From the NCBI GenBank assembly GCA_024400935.1, contig JAKSLZ010000002.1, positions 7,057-71,056 of the forward strand: 64,000 nt of DNA, written 5' to 3'. The notes below the pieces were generated by a model. The model was not told the origin of the DNA. It was given only the letters and a program-made list of their open reading frames with translations, and did no database searches. Shown in pieces: positions 18,786-27,747 of this stretch (position 1 is its first letter; each line of letters begins with the position of its first letter). Both the position numbers and the translations under genes were made by a program. Source of the DNA: Muribaculaceae bacterium. Lineage in GTDB: Bacteria; Bacteroidota; Bacteroidia; Bacteroidales; Muribaculaceae.

Positions 18786-21407
18786 ATGAACACATTAGCT
18801 ACTGTATACGACCCCAAAGCGGTCGAGGACAAATGGTACAAGTACTGGGAAGGTCATGACCTGTTTAAGTCAACTCCCGACGAGCGTGAACCCTACACTA
18901 TTGTTATCCCACCACCCAATGTGACAGGTGTGCTGCACATGGGACACATGCTCAACGAGACTATCCAGGACATCCTGGTGCGCCGTGCACGCATGGAGGG
19001 TAAGAATGCACTGTGGGTGCCCGGAACCGACCACGCTTCGATTGCTACTGAGGCTAAGGTGGTAAATCGCCTTGCCCAGCAGGGTGTCAAGAAAACCGAC
19101 CTTACTCGCGACGAGTTCCTGAAGCATGCTTGGGACTGGACACACGAGCACGGTGGCATCATCTTGCAGCAGCTGCGCAAGGTGGGTGCTTCATGCGACT
19201 GGAGCCGCACATCGTTCACCATGGACGAGGTGCGCAGCGAGAGCGTTCTCAAGGTCTTCGTTGACCTCTACAACAAGGGCCTCATCTACCGCGGCGTGCG
19301 CATGGTGAACTGGGACCCCAAGGCTCTGACTGCACTTAGCGACGAGGAGGTTGTTTACAAGGAGGAGCACAGCAAGCTGTTCTACCTGCGCTACAAGATC
19401 GTGGGCGAAGATGGTTATGCAATCGTGGCTACCACACGTCCCGAAACCATCATGGGCGATACAGCAATGTGTATCAACCCCAAGGACCCCAAGAACCAGC
19501 ATCTGCGTGGCAAGAAAGTTATCGTGCCTCTCGTGGGCCGCGAGATCCCTGTCATCGAGGATGAGTATGTTGACATTGAGTTCGGTACAGGTTGCCTCAA
19601 GGTGACTCCTGCCCACGACCCCAACGACTACATGCTGGGTGAGAAATATAACCTGCAGAGCATCGACATCTTCAACGATAACGGTACGCTCAGCGAGGCT
19701 GCCGGCATGTATGTGGGCATGGACCGCTTTGACGTACGCAAGCAGATTGAGAAAGACCTCGAGGCTGCCGGTCTGCTCGAGAAGGTTGAGGCCTACGAGA
19801 ATAAGGTGGGTTACAGCGAGCGCACAAGCGTTGCCATTGAGCCCAAGCTCTCTATGCAGTGGTTCCTCAAGATGACCGATCTGGTTAAGCCCGCCCTCAA
19901 GGCTGTCATGGAAGACGACATCAAGTTCTATCCTGCCAAGTTCAAGAATACATATCGTCACTGGATGACCGACACTAAGGACTGGTGCATTAGCCGCCAG
20001 CTGTGGTGGGGACACCGCATCCCGGCTTACTTCCTGCCTCAGGGCGGATATGTAGTGGCTGAAAGTATTGAGCAGGCTGTGGAATTGGCACGCAAGAAGA
20101 CCGGCAACGCTGCTCTCACCGCTGCCGACCTGCGTCAGGACGAGGATTGCCTCGACACATGGTTCAGCTCATGGCTGTGGCCCATCTCACTGTTTGACGG
20201 AATCAACAAGCCTGGCAACGAGGAGATGAAGTACTATTATCCCACTACCGACCTTGTGACTGGTCCGGATATCATCTTCTTCTGGGTAGCACGCATGATT
20301 ATCGCCGGATATGAGTACATAGGCGAAATGCCCTTCAAGAACGTTTACTTCACCGGTATCGTTCGCGATAAGCTTGGTCGCAAGATGTCTAAGTCGTTGG
20401 GCAACTCACCCGATCCCCTGGAGCTTATCGACCGTTTCGGTGCCGATGGCGTGCGCATGGGTCTCATGCTTGCAGCTCCCGCCGGTAACGACATCCTCTA
20501 TGATGATGCACTGTGCGAGCAAGGACGTAACTTCAACAACAAGATATGGAACGCATTCCGCCTGGTTAAGGGTTGGGAGGTAGCTGACATTGAGCAGCCC
20601 GAGCACAGCCGCCTGGCAGTAGAGTGGTTCCAGAGCATACTCGACAACACTCTTGCCGAGGTTAAGGACCTCTTCTCGAAGTTCCGCCTGAGCGAGGCTC
20701 TGATGGCTATCTACCGTCTCTTCTGGGAGGAATTCTCAGCATGGTATCTTGAGACAATCAAGCCTGCTTACCAGCAACCCATCGACAAGAAGACCCTTGA
20801 GGCTACAATGGGCTTCTTTGACAGCTTGCTGCGTATGCTTCACCCCTTCATGCCCTTCATCACCGAGGAATTGTGGCAGAACATCAGCGAGCGCAAGGAC
20901 GGCGAGAGCATCATGTATGCCCGCATGCCCGAAGCTGGCGAGCCTAATGCTGAGCTGCTCAAGGCTGTTGCTGAGGCTAAGGAAATCGTGACAGGTGTGC
21001 GCAACGTGCGCAAGAGCAAGAACATCCCCAACAAGGAGGCTCTGAGTCTGCAGGTTATGGGTGAATTCAACAACCCCTGCAAGACTATCATCGCTAAGCT
21101 TGCTGGTCTGGAGGCTATTGAAAGCGTAGAGACCAAGGATGCGACTGCTGCATCATTCCTCGTGGGTACACAGGAATTTGCGGTACCCCTGGGCAACAAT
21201 ATCAACGTTGAAGAAGAGATTGCTAAGCTCGAGGCTGAGCTCAAGTACACTCAAGGCTTCCTCGCATCGGTTGAGAAGAAACTTAGCAACGAGCGCTTCG
21301 TCTCTAACGCGCCTGAGGCAGTAGTTGCAGGCGAGCGTAAGAAGCAAGCCGATGCCCAGAGCAAGATTGCTACCATCCAGGAAGCTCTCGCCGCTCTCAA
21401 GAAGTAA
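18786..21407 (+). CDS. valS: Valine--tRNA ligase
   Basis: [13 protein letters not shown] (HIGH), [21 protein letters not shown]-terminal coiled coil. Confidence 0.98.
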   Translation: MNTLATVYDPKAVEDKWYKYWEGHDLFKSTPDEREPYTIVIPPPNVTGVLHMGHMLNETIQDILVRRARMEGKNALWVPGTDHASIATEAKVVNRLAQQGVKKTDLTRDEFLKHAWDWTHEHGGIILQQLRKVGASCDWSRTSFTMDEVRSESVLKVFVDLYNKGLIYRGVRMVNWDPKALTALSDEEVVYKEEHSKLFYLRYKIVGEDGYAIVATTRPETIMGDTAMCINPKDPKNQHLRGKKVIVPLVGREIPVIEDEYVDIEFGTGCLKVTPAHDPNDYMLGEKYNLQSIDIFNDNGTLSEAAGMYVGMDRFDVRKQIEKDLEAAGLLEKVEAYENKVGYSERTSVAIEPKLSMQWFLKMTDLVKPALKAVMEDDIKFYPAKFKNTYRHWMTDTKDWCISRQLWWGHRIPAYFLPQGGYVVAESIEQAVELARKKTGNAALTAADLRQDEDCLDTWFSSWLWPISLFDGINKPGNEEMKYYYPTTDLVTGPDIIFFWVARMIIAGYEYIGEMPFKNVYFTGIVRDKLGRKMSKSLGNSPDPLELIDRFGADGVRMGLMLAAPAGNDILYDDALCEQGRNFNNKIWNAFRLVKGWEVADIEQPEHSRLAVEWFQSILDNTLAEVKDLFSKFRLSEALMAIYRLFWEEFSAWYLETIKPAYQQPIDKKTLEATMGFFDSLLRMLHPFMPFITEELWQNISERKDGESIMYARMPEAGEPNAELLKAVAEAKEIVTGVRNVRKSKNIPNKEALSLQVMGEFNNPCKTIIAKLAGLEAIESVETKDATAASFLVGTQEFAVPLGNNINVEEEIAKLEAELKYTQGFLASVEKKLSNERFVSNAPEAVVAGERKKQADAQSKIATIQEALAALKK

Positions 21408-21421
21408 CACTATATCTCCAC

Positions 21422-21504
21422 GGCATTTCCGGCTTATCCGGAAATGCTGGGAAACGATACACAATAATAACATCACCCCGCTGCACAATCGTGCGGCGGG
21501 GTGA
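21422..21504. terminator. Two stem-loops between convergent valS and tRNA-Trp
   Basis: GGCATTTCCGG/CCGGAAATGCT and TCACCCCGCTGCAC/GTGCGGCGGGGTGA. Confidence 0.55.
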
Positions 21505-21513
21505 ATCATATAG

Positions 21514-21586
21514 CACGGGAAGTAAGACTCGAACTCACGACCTACGGTTTTGGAGACCGTCGTTCTACCAACTGAACTATTCCCGT
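21514..21586 (-). tRNA. trnW: tRNA-Trp (CCA anticodon)
   Basis: Reverse complement folds as ACGGGAA-TA-GTTC AGTTGGTA GAAC-G-ACGGT CTCCAAA ACCGT-AGGTC-GTGAG TTCGAGT CTTAC-TTCCCGT-G; 3' CCA not encoded. Confidence 0.96.
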
Positions 21587-21597
21587 GTGTTTTTTGT

Positions 21598-22911
21598 TTA
21601 TCGTCCTATGCAGTGATAGGTAAAACCATGCGCCTTTAACTCATCTGCATCAAGGATGTTACGTCCGTCAAGCACCAGTCGTCCGTTCATAGTGCGCGTG
21701 AGCACATCAAGACTGGGCATGCGGAATTCCTTCCATTCTGTTACAAGCATCAATGCATCGGCACCAGCGGTAGCGTCGTAGCGGTCCTTGCAGTAGGTCA
21801 CCACATCGCCCAAGCGACGTCTACATTCATCCATTGCCACAGGATCATATACGCGCACAGTAGCGCCAGCTTTGACCATCTTGTCAATAAGCACTAGAGC
21901 TGGAGCCTCGCGCATGTCGTCGGTCTCGGGCTTGAAAGCCAATCCCCACAGAGCAATTGTCTTACCGTTAAGGTCTCCGTTGAAGTGCTTCAGCAGTTTG
22001 CCGAAGAGTATCGACTTCTGTGCCTCGTTGACGGCTTCCACGGCCTTGAGCACCTGCATTGAGTAGCCCAGGTCATCGGCAGTCTTAATGAGCGCCTTGA
22101 CATCCTTGGGGAAGCAGCTTCCGCCATATCCGCAACCTGCATAAAGGAATTTTTTTCCAATGCGGGTATCGCTGCCAATGCCTTTGCGCACCATGTTCAC
22201 GTCAGCACCCACGAGTTCGCACAGGTTGGCGATATCGTTCATGAAGCTGATGCGTGTGGCCAGCATAGAGTTGGCCGCATATTTGATCATCTCGGCGCTT
22301 GGGATATCGGTAAAGATGAGACGGTCGCTCACAATCATGAAAGGCTTATAGAGGCGTGCCATGATGGCGCGTGCGCGCTCGGTCTCAACACCCACAACCA
22401 CGCGGTCGGGACTCATGAAATCCTTTACTGCGGCACCTTCTTTGAGGAACTCCGGGTTGCTTGCCACGTCAAATTCTACATTAACGCCGCGCTTGTCAAG
22501 CTCGGCCTGTATAGTAGCCTTTACCTTAGCAGCAGTGCCCACTGGCACGGTGCTCTTGGTGACAATTACGGTGTACTTGTTAAGGTGCTGGCCTATAGTG
22601 CGAGCCACTGCAAGCACATACTTCAGGTCGGCACTACCATCCTCATCGGGCGGTGTTCCCACTGCGCTGAACACGATGTCCACATTGTCGAGCACTTCCT
22701 CGAGGCTTGTGGTGAAGTGAAGGCGGCCGCTACGCACATTCTTGTGTACGAGGGTCTCAAGGCCAGGTTCATAAATGGGAATGATGCCATTGTTGAGGCG
22801 CTCAATCTTAGCAGCATCAACATCAACACAGGTTACGTCAATGCCCATCTCGCTGAAGCAAGTTCCGCTGACGAGACCCACATATCCGGTTCCTACGATG
22901 GCTATGTTCAT
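21598..22911 (-). CDS. ugd: UDP-glucose 6-dehydrogenase
   Basis: GTGYVG, KSTVPVGT, SNPEFLKEG, KYAANSMLA, GYGGSCFPKD, WGLAFKPETDDMRE. Confidence 0.96.
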   Translation of the reverse strand: MNIAIVGTGYVGLVSGTCFSEMGIDVTCVDVDAAKIERLNNGIIPIYEPGLETLVHKNVRSGRLHFTTSLEEVLDNVDIVFSAVGTPPDEDGSADLKYVLAVARTIGQHLNKYTVIVTKSTVPVGTAAKVKATIQAELDKRGVNVEFDVASNPEFLKEGAAVKDFMSPDRVVVGVETERARAIMARLYKPFMIVSDRLIFTDIPSAEMIKYAANSMLATRISFMNDIANLCELVGADVNMVRKGIGSDTRIGKKFLYAGCGYGGSCFPKDVKALIKTADDLGYSMQVLKAVEAVNEAQKSILFGKLLKHFNGDLNGKTIALWGLAFKPETDDMREAPALVLIDKMVKAGATVRVYDPVAMDECRRRLGDVVTYCKDRYDATAGADALMLVTEWKEFRMPSLDVLTRTMNGRLVLDGRNILDADELKAHGFTYHCIGR

Positions 22912-25400
22912 TTCTTCTTGTTTTCAGTTTTTTTCTTTACGTTGAATTTGTTCTTCAACTTCTTGATGGCCGAGCCTTTCTTCTCGTCATCGCGTCCATA
23001 TCCGTAACCATAGCCATATCCGTAGCCATAGCTGCCATATCCGTAGCCATAACCATAACCGTAGCCATAAGAGCCGTAACCATAGTTCTTCTTGTCGAGC
23101 TTGAGGTCGTTGATGAGGAAGACGAGATTCTTGATCTTTTCTTCATCGTGGAGGCGCTCAAGGTCGGTGAGGTAACGCTTGTCAACCTTGCTGTCACGAA
23201 TAACGTAGACGGTCATGTCTACATGGCGGTTGATGAGGCCGGCATCAGCAATGACGCTGAAGGGAACGGTGTCAAGGATGACATAGTCATAACGTTTCTT
23301 GAGTTCGTTGAGCATTTGCAGGAAACGATCGCTCATCAGCAGGTTAGTGGGGTTGGGAGGAATAGCTCCGATGCTGATTAAGTCGAGATTCTCGTGCAAC
23401 TCGTTGCGTATGATGATGTCCTCAACGTTGTCAACCATGTTAGAGAGGTATGCGCTCACACCGATACTGCTGCTATTTGCAATGCCGATGTACTCGCTGA
23501 AGCGACCCTTGCGCAAGTCAAGGTCAACTGCAACGACTTTCTTACCTGCAAACGCATAGCTCAAAGCCATGTTGATTGAAACGAAACTCTTACCTTCGCC
23601 CGGCATTGTAGAAGTGAACTGCATGATGATGCCTTCTCCGTCTTTAGGCTTGGCAATGTAGTCGATATTTGAGCGAATGATGTGAAGCGCTTCGGTGATG
23701 CGGTCGTGCCCGTTCTCTGACACCACAATCTCCTTGCCTCGCTGGTTGCGCTGCTTCTCGGGCAACTCACCCACGATGGGTATGTCAACAACGCCTTCGA
23801 TGTCGTGACGTGAGTGGATGGTTGTGTCGAGTGAGTAGTACCAGAATACTATATAGAGCATTATAGCTGGTAGCAAGAGGCCTATGAGCAGACCTGCTGC
23901 GAGAATCTGGCTGGGAATGGGAGAAATTGGACCGCTGGCTGTAGCACGTTCAACTACTCTGGCGATAGGCTCGGTGATGGCCATCTGCAGGGCATTCTCT
24001 TCACGCTTGTTGAGCAGGTACATGTAGAGCTCCTCTTTAATCTTCTGTTGGCGAGAAACCTCGGTGATAGCCTTTTCCTGTGAAGGCACAGCGACAATGT
24101 CGTTGCGAGCCACGCTCTCTTGGGTGTGGGCCTTTGACTGTTGCACCTGGAGCGAGTTGATATAGTTAGACAAACCACGCATGATGTTCTGGCGCTGAGC
24201 TTTAAGAGTATTGGTGAGTTCAACCATCACGGGGTTTTCCTCGCTTGATGTTTCAGCGATCTTTTGGTATTGTGCCATGGTCTCATTGTATTGTGAAATC
24301 ATTGACTCGATACCAGTGTTGTTGATGCCTGAGTTGCTGGGGATGAGATCGTTGCTTGACATGTTAGAGATGAAACTCTGAATGTTAGAAGCAAGACTCA
24401 CCTGTACATCCAAATTGGCAGCTTCGTCGGCATATTTGAGACCTGTTCCGGGATCGGCATAGATAGACTTGTTAGCTGCGCTGGTCTTGAGAGTTGCGAC
24501 GCGGCTGTCAACACCATTGAGGTCATGAGACAGGTCGCTCACACGCTCAGCAATAAATCTTTCAGTGTTTTTGGCGATTTTGTTTTTGTCTTCAATTCCG
24601 TCCTGATTGTAGGCCTCGATGAGGGCATTGAGAATGTCAATAGCCTCGTTTGAGTTATCCCATGTGAGGCTCAGTTTCATCACGTCGCTCAGTTTGTCTG
24701 ACTGGTCGGCATTGAAATGTGATTTGATTTTCAGCGCCATTTGGCGAGGAGTAGAAACCTTGACAATCACTTTGTAGTTATTGTAATAGGCTTCACCAAA
24801 TTCTTTGTTAGTTGTCACGGCGATGGGGCCGTAGTTGGTGTTCACTTTATTGCCGAAGTGTGCTTTTTTCCAGGGGCCTCCATCCACTTGGAATTCAAAG
24901 TCCTTTGCGTTCTTGGGAACAATGGTTAAAGTGAAAGCCTCTTCGATGGCCTGCATGGGTGTGATCTGGATTGGAGTGTTCTTGTAGATGTTCACATCGC
25001 GCAAGAACACGTGGCCATAGTACTGGATGTTGTTGCCCAGTCCTAGTACAACTTTTTCAAGCAGGTCGGTAGCCTTGATTTTGTAAAATTCATTAGGCAT
25101 GAAGCTGTTGCCCGTATTGATGCCCAGGTCGCTGAATGCCTGGGTTTGGGTACCTTGGTTGCTGTCCTTTGACTTGAGCAAAATCATTGCCTTGGACTCA
25201 TAAGTCAGTGGCTGAGACTTTCCGTAAAGAAATGCGATACATCCGCAAGCGATAATGGAAATGAGGAACCAGTACCAGTTGCGAAGGCATGCCATGAAGT
25301 ATGCTCTGATGGGCAAAGTCTTTGTTAATGATTTATTAGCCTTTGAAGTGCTCTGTTTGTTTTCACTTCCAGCAGGAGTCTCGCTAATAATTTCTTGCAT
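22908..25400 (-). CDS. wzc: Polysaccharide co-polymerase / BY-kinase (Wzc-type)
   Basis: Two TM helices around a periplasmic coiled coil; Walker A TSTMPGEGKS, DLDLRK, ILDTVP, C-terminal YG-repeat tyrosine cluster. Confidence 0.9.
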   Translation of the reverse strand: MQEIISETPAGSENKQSTSKANKSLTKTLPIRAYFMACLRNWYWFLISIIACGCIAFLYGKSQPLTYESKAMILLKSKDSNQGTQTQAFSDLGINTGNSFMPNEFYKIKATDLLEKVVLGLGNNIQYYGHVFLRDVNIYKNTPIQITPMQAIEEAFTLTIVPKNAKDFEFQVDGGPWKKAHFGNKVNTNYGPIAVTTNKEFGEAYYNNYKVIVKVSTPRQMALKIKSHFNADQSDKLSDVMKLSLTWDNSNEAIDILNALIEAYNQDGIEDKNKIAKNTERFIAERVSDLSHDLNGVDSRVATLKTSAANKSIYADPGTGLKYADEAANLDVQVSLASNIQSFISNMSSNDLIPSNSGINNTGIESMISQYNETMAQYQKIAETSSEENPVMVELTNTLKAQRQNIMRGLSNYINSLQVQQSKAHTQESVARNDIVAVPSQEKAITEVSRQQKIKEELYMYLLNKREENALQMAITEPIARVVERATASGPISPIPSQILAAGLLIGLLLPAIMLYIVFWYYSLDTTIHSRHDIEGVVDIPIVGELPEKQRNQRGKEIVVSENGHDRITEALHIIRSNIDYIAKPKDGEGIIMQFTSTMPGEGKSFVSINMALSYAFAGKKVVAVDLDLRKGRFSEYIGIANSSSIGVSAYLSNMVDNVEDIIIRNELHENLDLISIGAIPPNPTNLLMSDRFLQMLNELKKRYDYVILDTVPFSVIADAGLINRHVDMTVYVIRDSKVDKRYLTDLERLHDEEKIKNLVFLINDLKLDKKNYGYGSYGYGYGYGYGYGSYGYGYGYGYGYGRDDEKKGSAIKKLKNKFNVKKKTENKKK

Positions 25401-25444
25401 ATCGTAATTTTTTAGATATATTTATCACATTATTTTCCAACATG

Positions 25445-25452
25445 CAAAGTTA
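25445..25452 (-). promoter_or_regulatory. -7 promoter element (TAACTTTG) for wzc-ugd
   Basis: TAnnTTTG on minus strand about 45 nt upstream of wzc ATG. Confidence 0.6.
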
Positions 25453-25658
25453 CAATTTTTCTTGCATAGTTTTAGTATAAATCGAGTGAAAATATTGTAG
25501 AACGTGCATTTAATTGTAAACTTTTTTTGATTTGAAGAAAAAAAAGGCTATAAGACTAGTGATAAAGTGATTTCAGTGAATGGTTTTTCATGTCAACGGG
25601 TGTTTTTTGAATGGTGGTATTGCTTGTGCTTTTGTCAGAATAGTTGTAACTTTGTGGT

Positions 25659-26831
25659 ATGAATTGGGACAATATATTGGCATTTGCATTGAAACACCGT
25701 GATGAGGATGTGCATGGACTGGCATTAAAGGCCAAGGCATTTCCTGAGATTGACATGCCCATGGTGCTGCAGCAAGTAGCCGGCTACAAGATTGCAGTGA
25801 GCAAGCTGCCGGCATGGGCTGCACAAAACGACATTGTTTATGGCCCTCAACTAGCTATGGAACAGTGTTCGTCGCAATTTACGGCACAGTACAAGGCGGC
25901 TCTCGTTGAGGGTGACACTATTGTGGACTTGACAGGAGGACTAGGTGTAGACTTCTCGTTTATGGCGCAAGGCCGCAAGGGTATCTATGTGGAGCGCCAG
26001 AAGCATCTGTGTGACATTGCCCGTCACAATTTTGCCGTTCTGGGCCTTGATGCCTGTGTGGTTAATGGTGATGGAGTTGAACATTTGCGCATGATGGAAC
26101 CTGTCGACACAATTTACATAGATCCGGCGCGCCGCGACAATGCCGGAAATCGAGTCTTTGCCCTGGGAGATTGCACCCCCGATGTGTCTGTGCTTGCTCC
26201 GTTAATGTTGCAGAAGGCTGGTACAGTGATAATAAAGTTGTCGCCTATGCTCGACCATCGTACTGCCGTGGGGCAGTTGCCGTGTGTTGAGCAGGTGCAT
26301 ATAGTGAGTACCAGGGGCGAATGCAAGGAACTCCTGCTGGTATTGAAGCGTGGATATACAGGTGATGTGACTGTGCATTGTGTAAACGATGACGAGAGGA
26401 TGCATTTTGTGCTGGGAGAAGAAAATTCCTCATGTAAGATATGGGACGAGTTTTGTCCTATAAATTACCTCTACGAACCCAATGCTTCAATAATGAAGGC
26501 AGGAAGTTATAACTTGATTGCCAGTCAGATGGGGCTTGATGCTGTGAGTGCCGACAGTCATCTGCTTGTGGGCGACATGTTGGTCGATGATTTTCCTGGA
26601 CGATCTTTTGCTATTGACGCGATAGGTTCGATGAACAAAAAAGAACTCAAGCAGTTATTGCGAGGCATTAAAAAAGCTAATGTGGCTGTGCGTAACTTCC
26701 CTTTGAAAGCCAATGAACTGGCCAAGCGACTTAAACTGGCCGACGGTGGAGATGTGTTTATCTTTGGAACCACAACGACTAGCGGTAAGCACATCATTGT
26801 GCGTGCCCATAAAACATATCGTCTCTGTTGA
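25659..26831 (+). CDS. Class I SAM-dependent methyltransferase with THUMP-like domain
   Basis: EQCSS, VDLTGGLGVD, YIDPARR, KLSPMLD, YLYEPNASIMKAG, VRNFP. Confidence 0.88.
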   Translation: MNWDNILAFALKHRDEDVHGLALKAKAFPEIDMPMVLQQVAGYKIAVSKLPAWAAQNDIVYGPQLAMEQCSSQFTAQYKAALVEGDTIVDLTGGLGVDFSFMAQGRKGIYVERQKHLCDIARHNFAVLGLDACVVNGDGVEHLRMMEPVDTIYIDPARRDNAGNRVFALGDCTPDVSVLAPLMLQKAGTVIIKLSPMLDHRTAVGQLPCVEQVHIVSTRGECKELLLVLKRGYTGDVTVHCVNDDERMHFVLGEENSSCKIWDEFCPINYLYEPNASIMKAGSYNLIASQMGLDAVSADSHLLVGDMLVDDFPGRSFAIDAIGSMNKKELKQLLRGIKKANVAVRNFPLKANELAKRLKLADGGDVFIFGTTTTSGKHIIVRAHKTYRLC

Positions 26832-26832
26832 C

Positions 26833-27612
26833 ATGAAAAAGTTACTTTTATCTCTAGTGGCCATGTTGCTTGCTCTCAGTGCTACTGCCCAGCTTGAGCA
26901 GGACTCGTGCGGAGTGGTGTGTCGCATAGGCACTGAAAAACAGATACTTCTTGTGATAACGGGCCACTACAGTGTTGACGACAATGGTTATACCGAGAAT
27001 TTTGACGGAGTGGAAAAAGTGCTTGATGTGCTCAAAGACAAAGGTGTGAAAGGTCACTTCTTTCCCACGGGTATTGCTCTGGCGCAACCTAAATATGAGG
27101 GAAGCATACGCCGCATCATTGCCGACGGGCATTACCTCTCGGGGCATAGTTATGGCCACCTGCTGCTGTGCGACACTAACGGACGCACGCTGGTGACACG
27201 TGACTCGGTTGTCAATGACTTGAGGTTGATGGAGGCTCAGCTAGAGCGCTTTGGGCTTGCAAAAACAGATTATTGCATCATGATGCCGCCTTACGAGACT
27301 TGCAACAGTGAAACGGCTGGCTTTTATCAGGACGAAGGTTACGAACTGATTACACCCACTTGGGGGCTGCTCACAGGACAGGATTGGACCCGTCCGGAAT
27401 CTACCCATTATTACAGCGCTGACGTCATAGAAAAGCAACTGTGGCAATACGAGAGAGACCACACGTTGAATGGGGTTATCTTGCTCATTCATGCCATGGA
27501 TTATCCTTGGCGCCAGCCCGATGATAGACCATATAACCGTTTGGGCGAAATCATTGACAAGGCGCGGTCGTTAGGGTATGAATTTGTGGGCATGGGAACT
27601 TCTAAGCAATGA
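26833..27612 (+). CDS. Secreted polysaccharide deacetylase (NodB/CE4-like)
   Basis: Start reassigned to MKKLLL; signal peptide; GHFFPTG, GHSYGH, PPYE, DW, LLIH motifs. Confidence 0.8.
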   Translation: MKKLLLSLVAMLLALSATAQLEQDSCGVVCRIGTEKQILLVITGHYSVDDNGYTENFDGVEKVLDVLKDKGVKGHFFPTGIALAQPKYEGSIRRIIADGHYLSGHSYGHLLLCDTNGRTLVTRDSVVNDLRLMEAQLERFGLAKTDYCIMMPPYETCNSETAGFYQDEGYELITPTWGLLTGQDWTRPESTHYYSADVIEKQLWQYERDHTLNGVILLIHAMDYPWRQPDDRPYNRLGEIIDKARSLGYEFVGMGTSKQ

Positions 27613-27675
27613 ATGATGCAGACATGTCGCCATCGCTGCAAGCAATACGGTTAGTTGACTATGCCGCCGAAATAC

Positions 27676-27728
27676 AAACAAAAAAACAAGAGAGAGCGAA
27701 CCTATTTGATGGGTTCGCTCTCTCTCTT
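27676..27728 (-). terminator. Rho-independent terminator of the M6 protease gene
   Basis: GAGAGAGCGAACC/GGTTCGCTCTCTC stem preceded by an A tract on the + strand. Confidence 0.7.
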
Positions 27729-27747
27729 AGAATTATTGCTATTGAGC

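Noticed and set aside
21514-21586. tRNA-Trp as an integration site of a prophage or island
   Set aside because: No integrase and no duplicated tRNA 3' end seen; flanks are valS and ugd.
22995-23085. Hexamer-like tandem repeat (CCRTAR) as a contingency locus
   Set aside because: It is the in-frame YG tyrosine cluster typical of BY-kinases, with varied synonymous codons.
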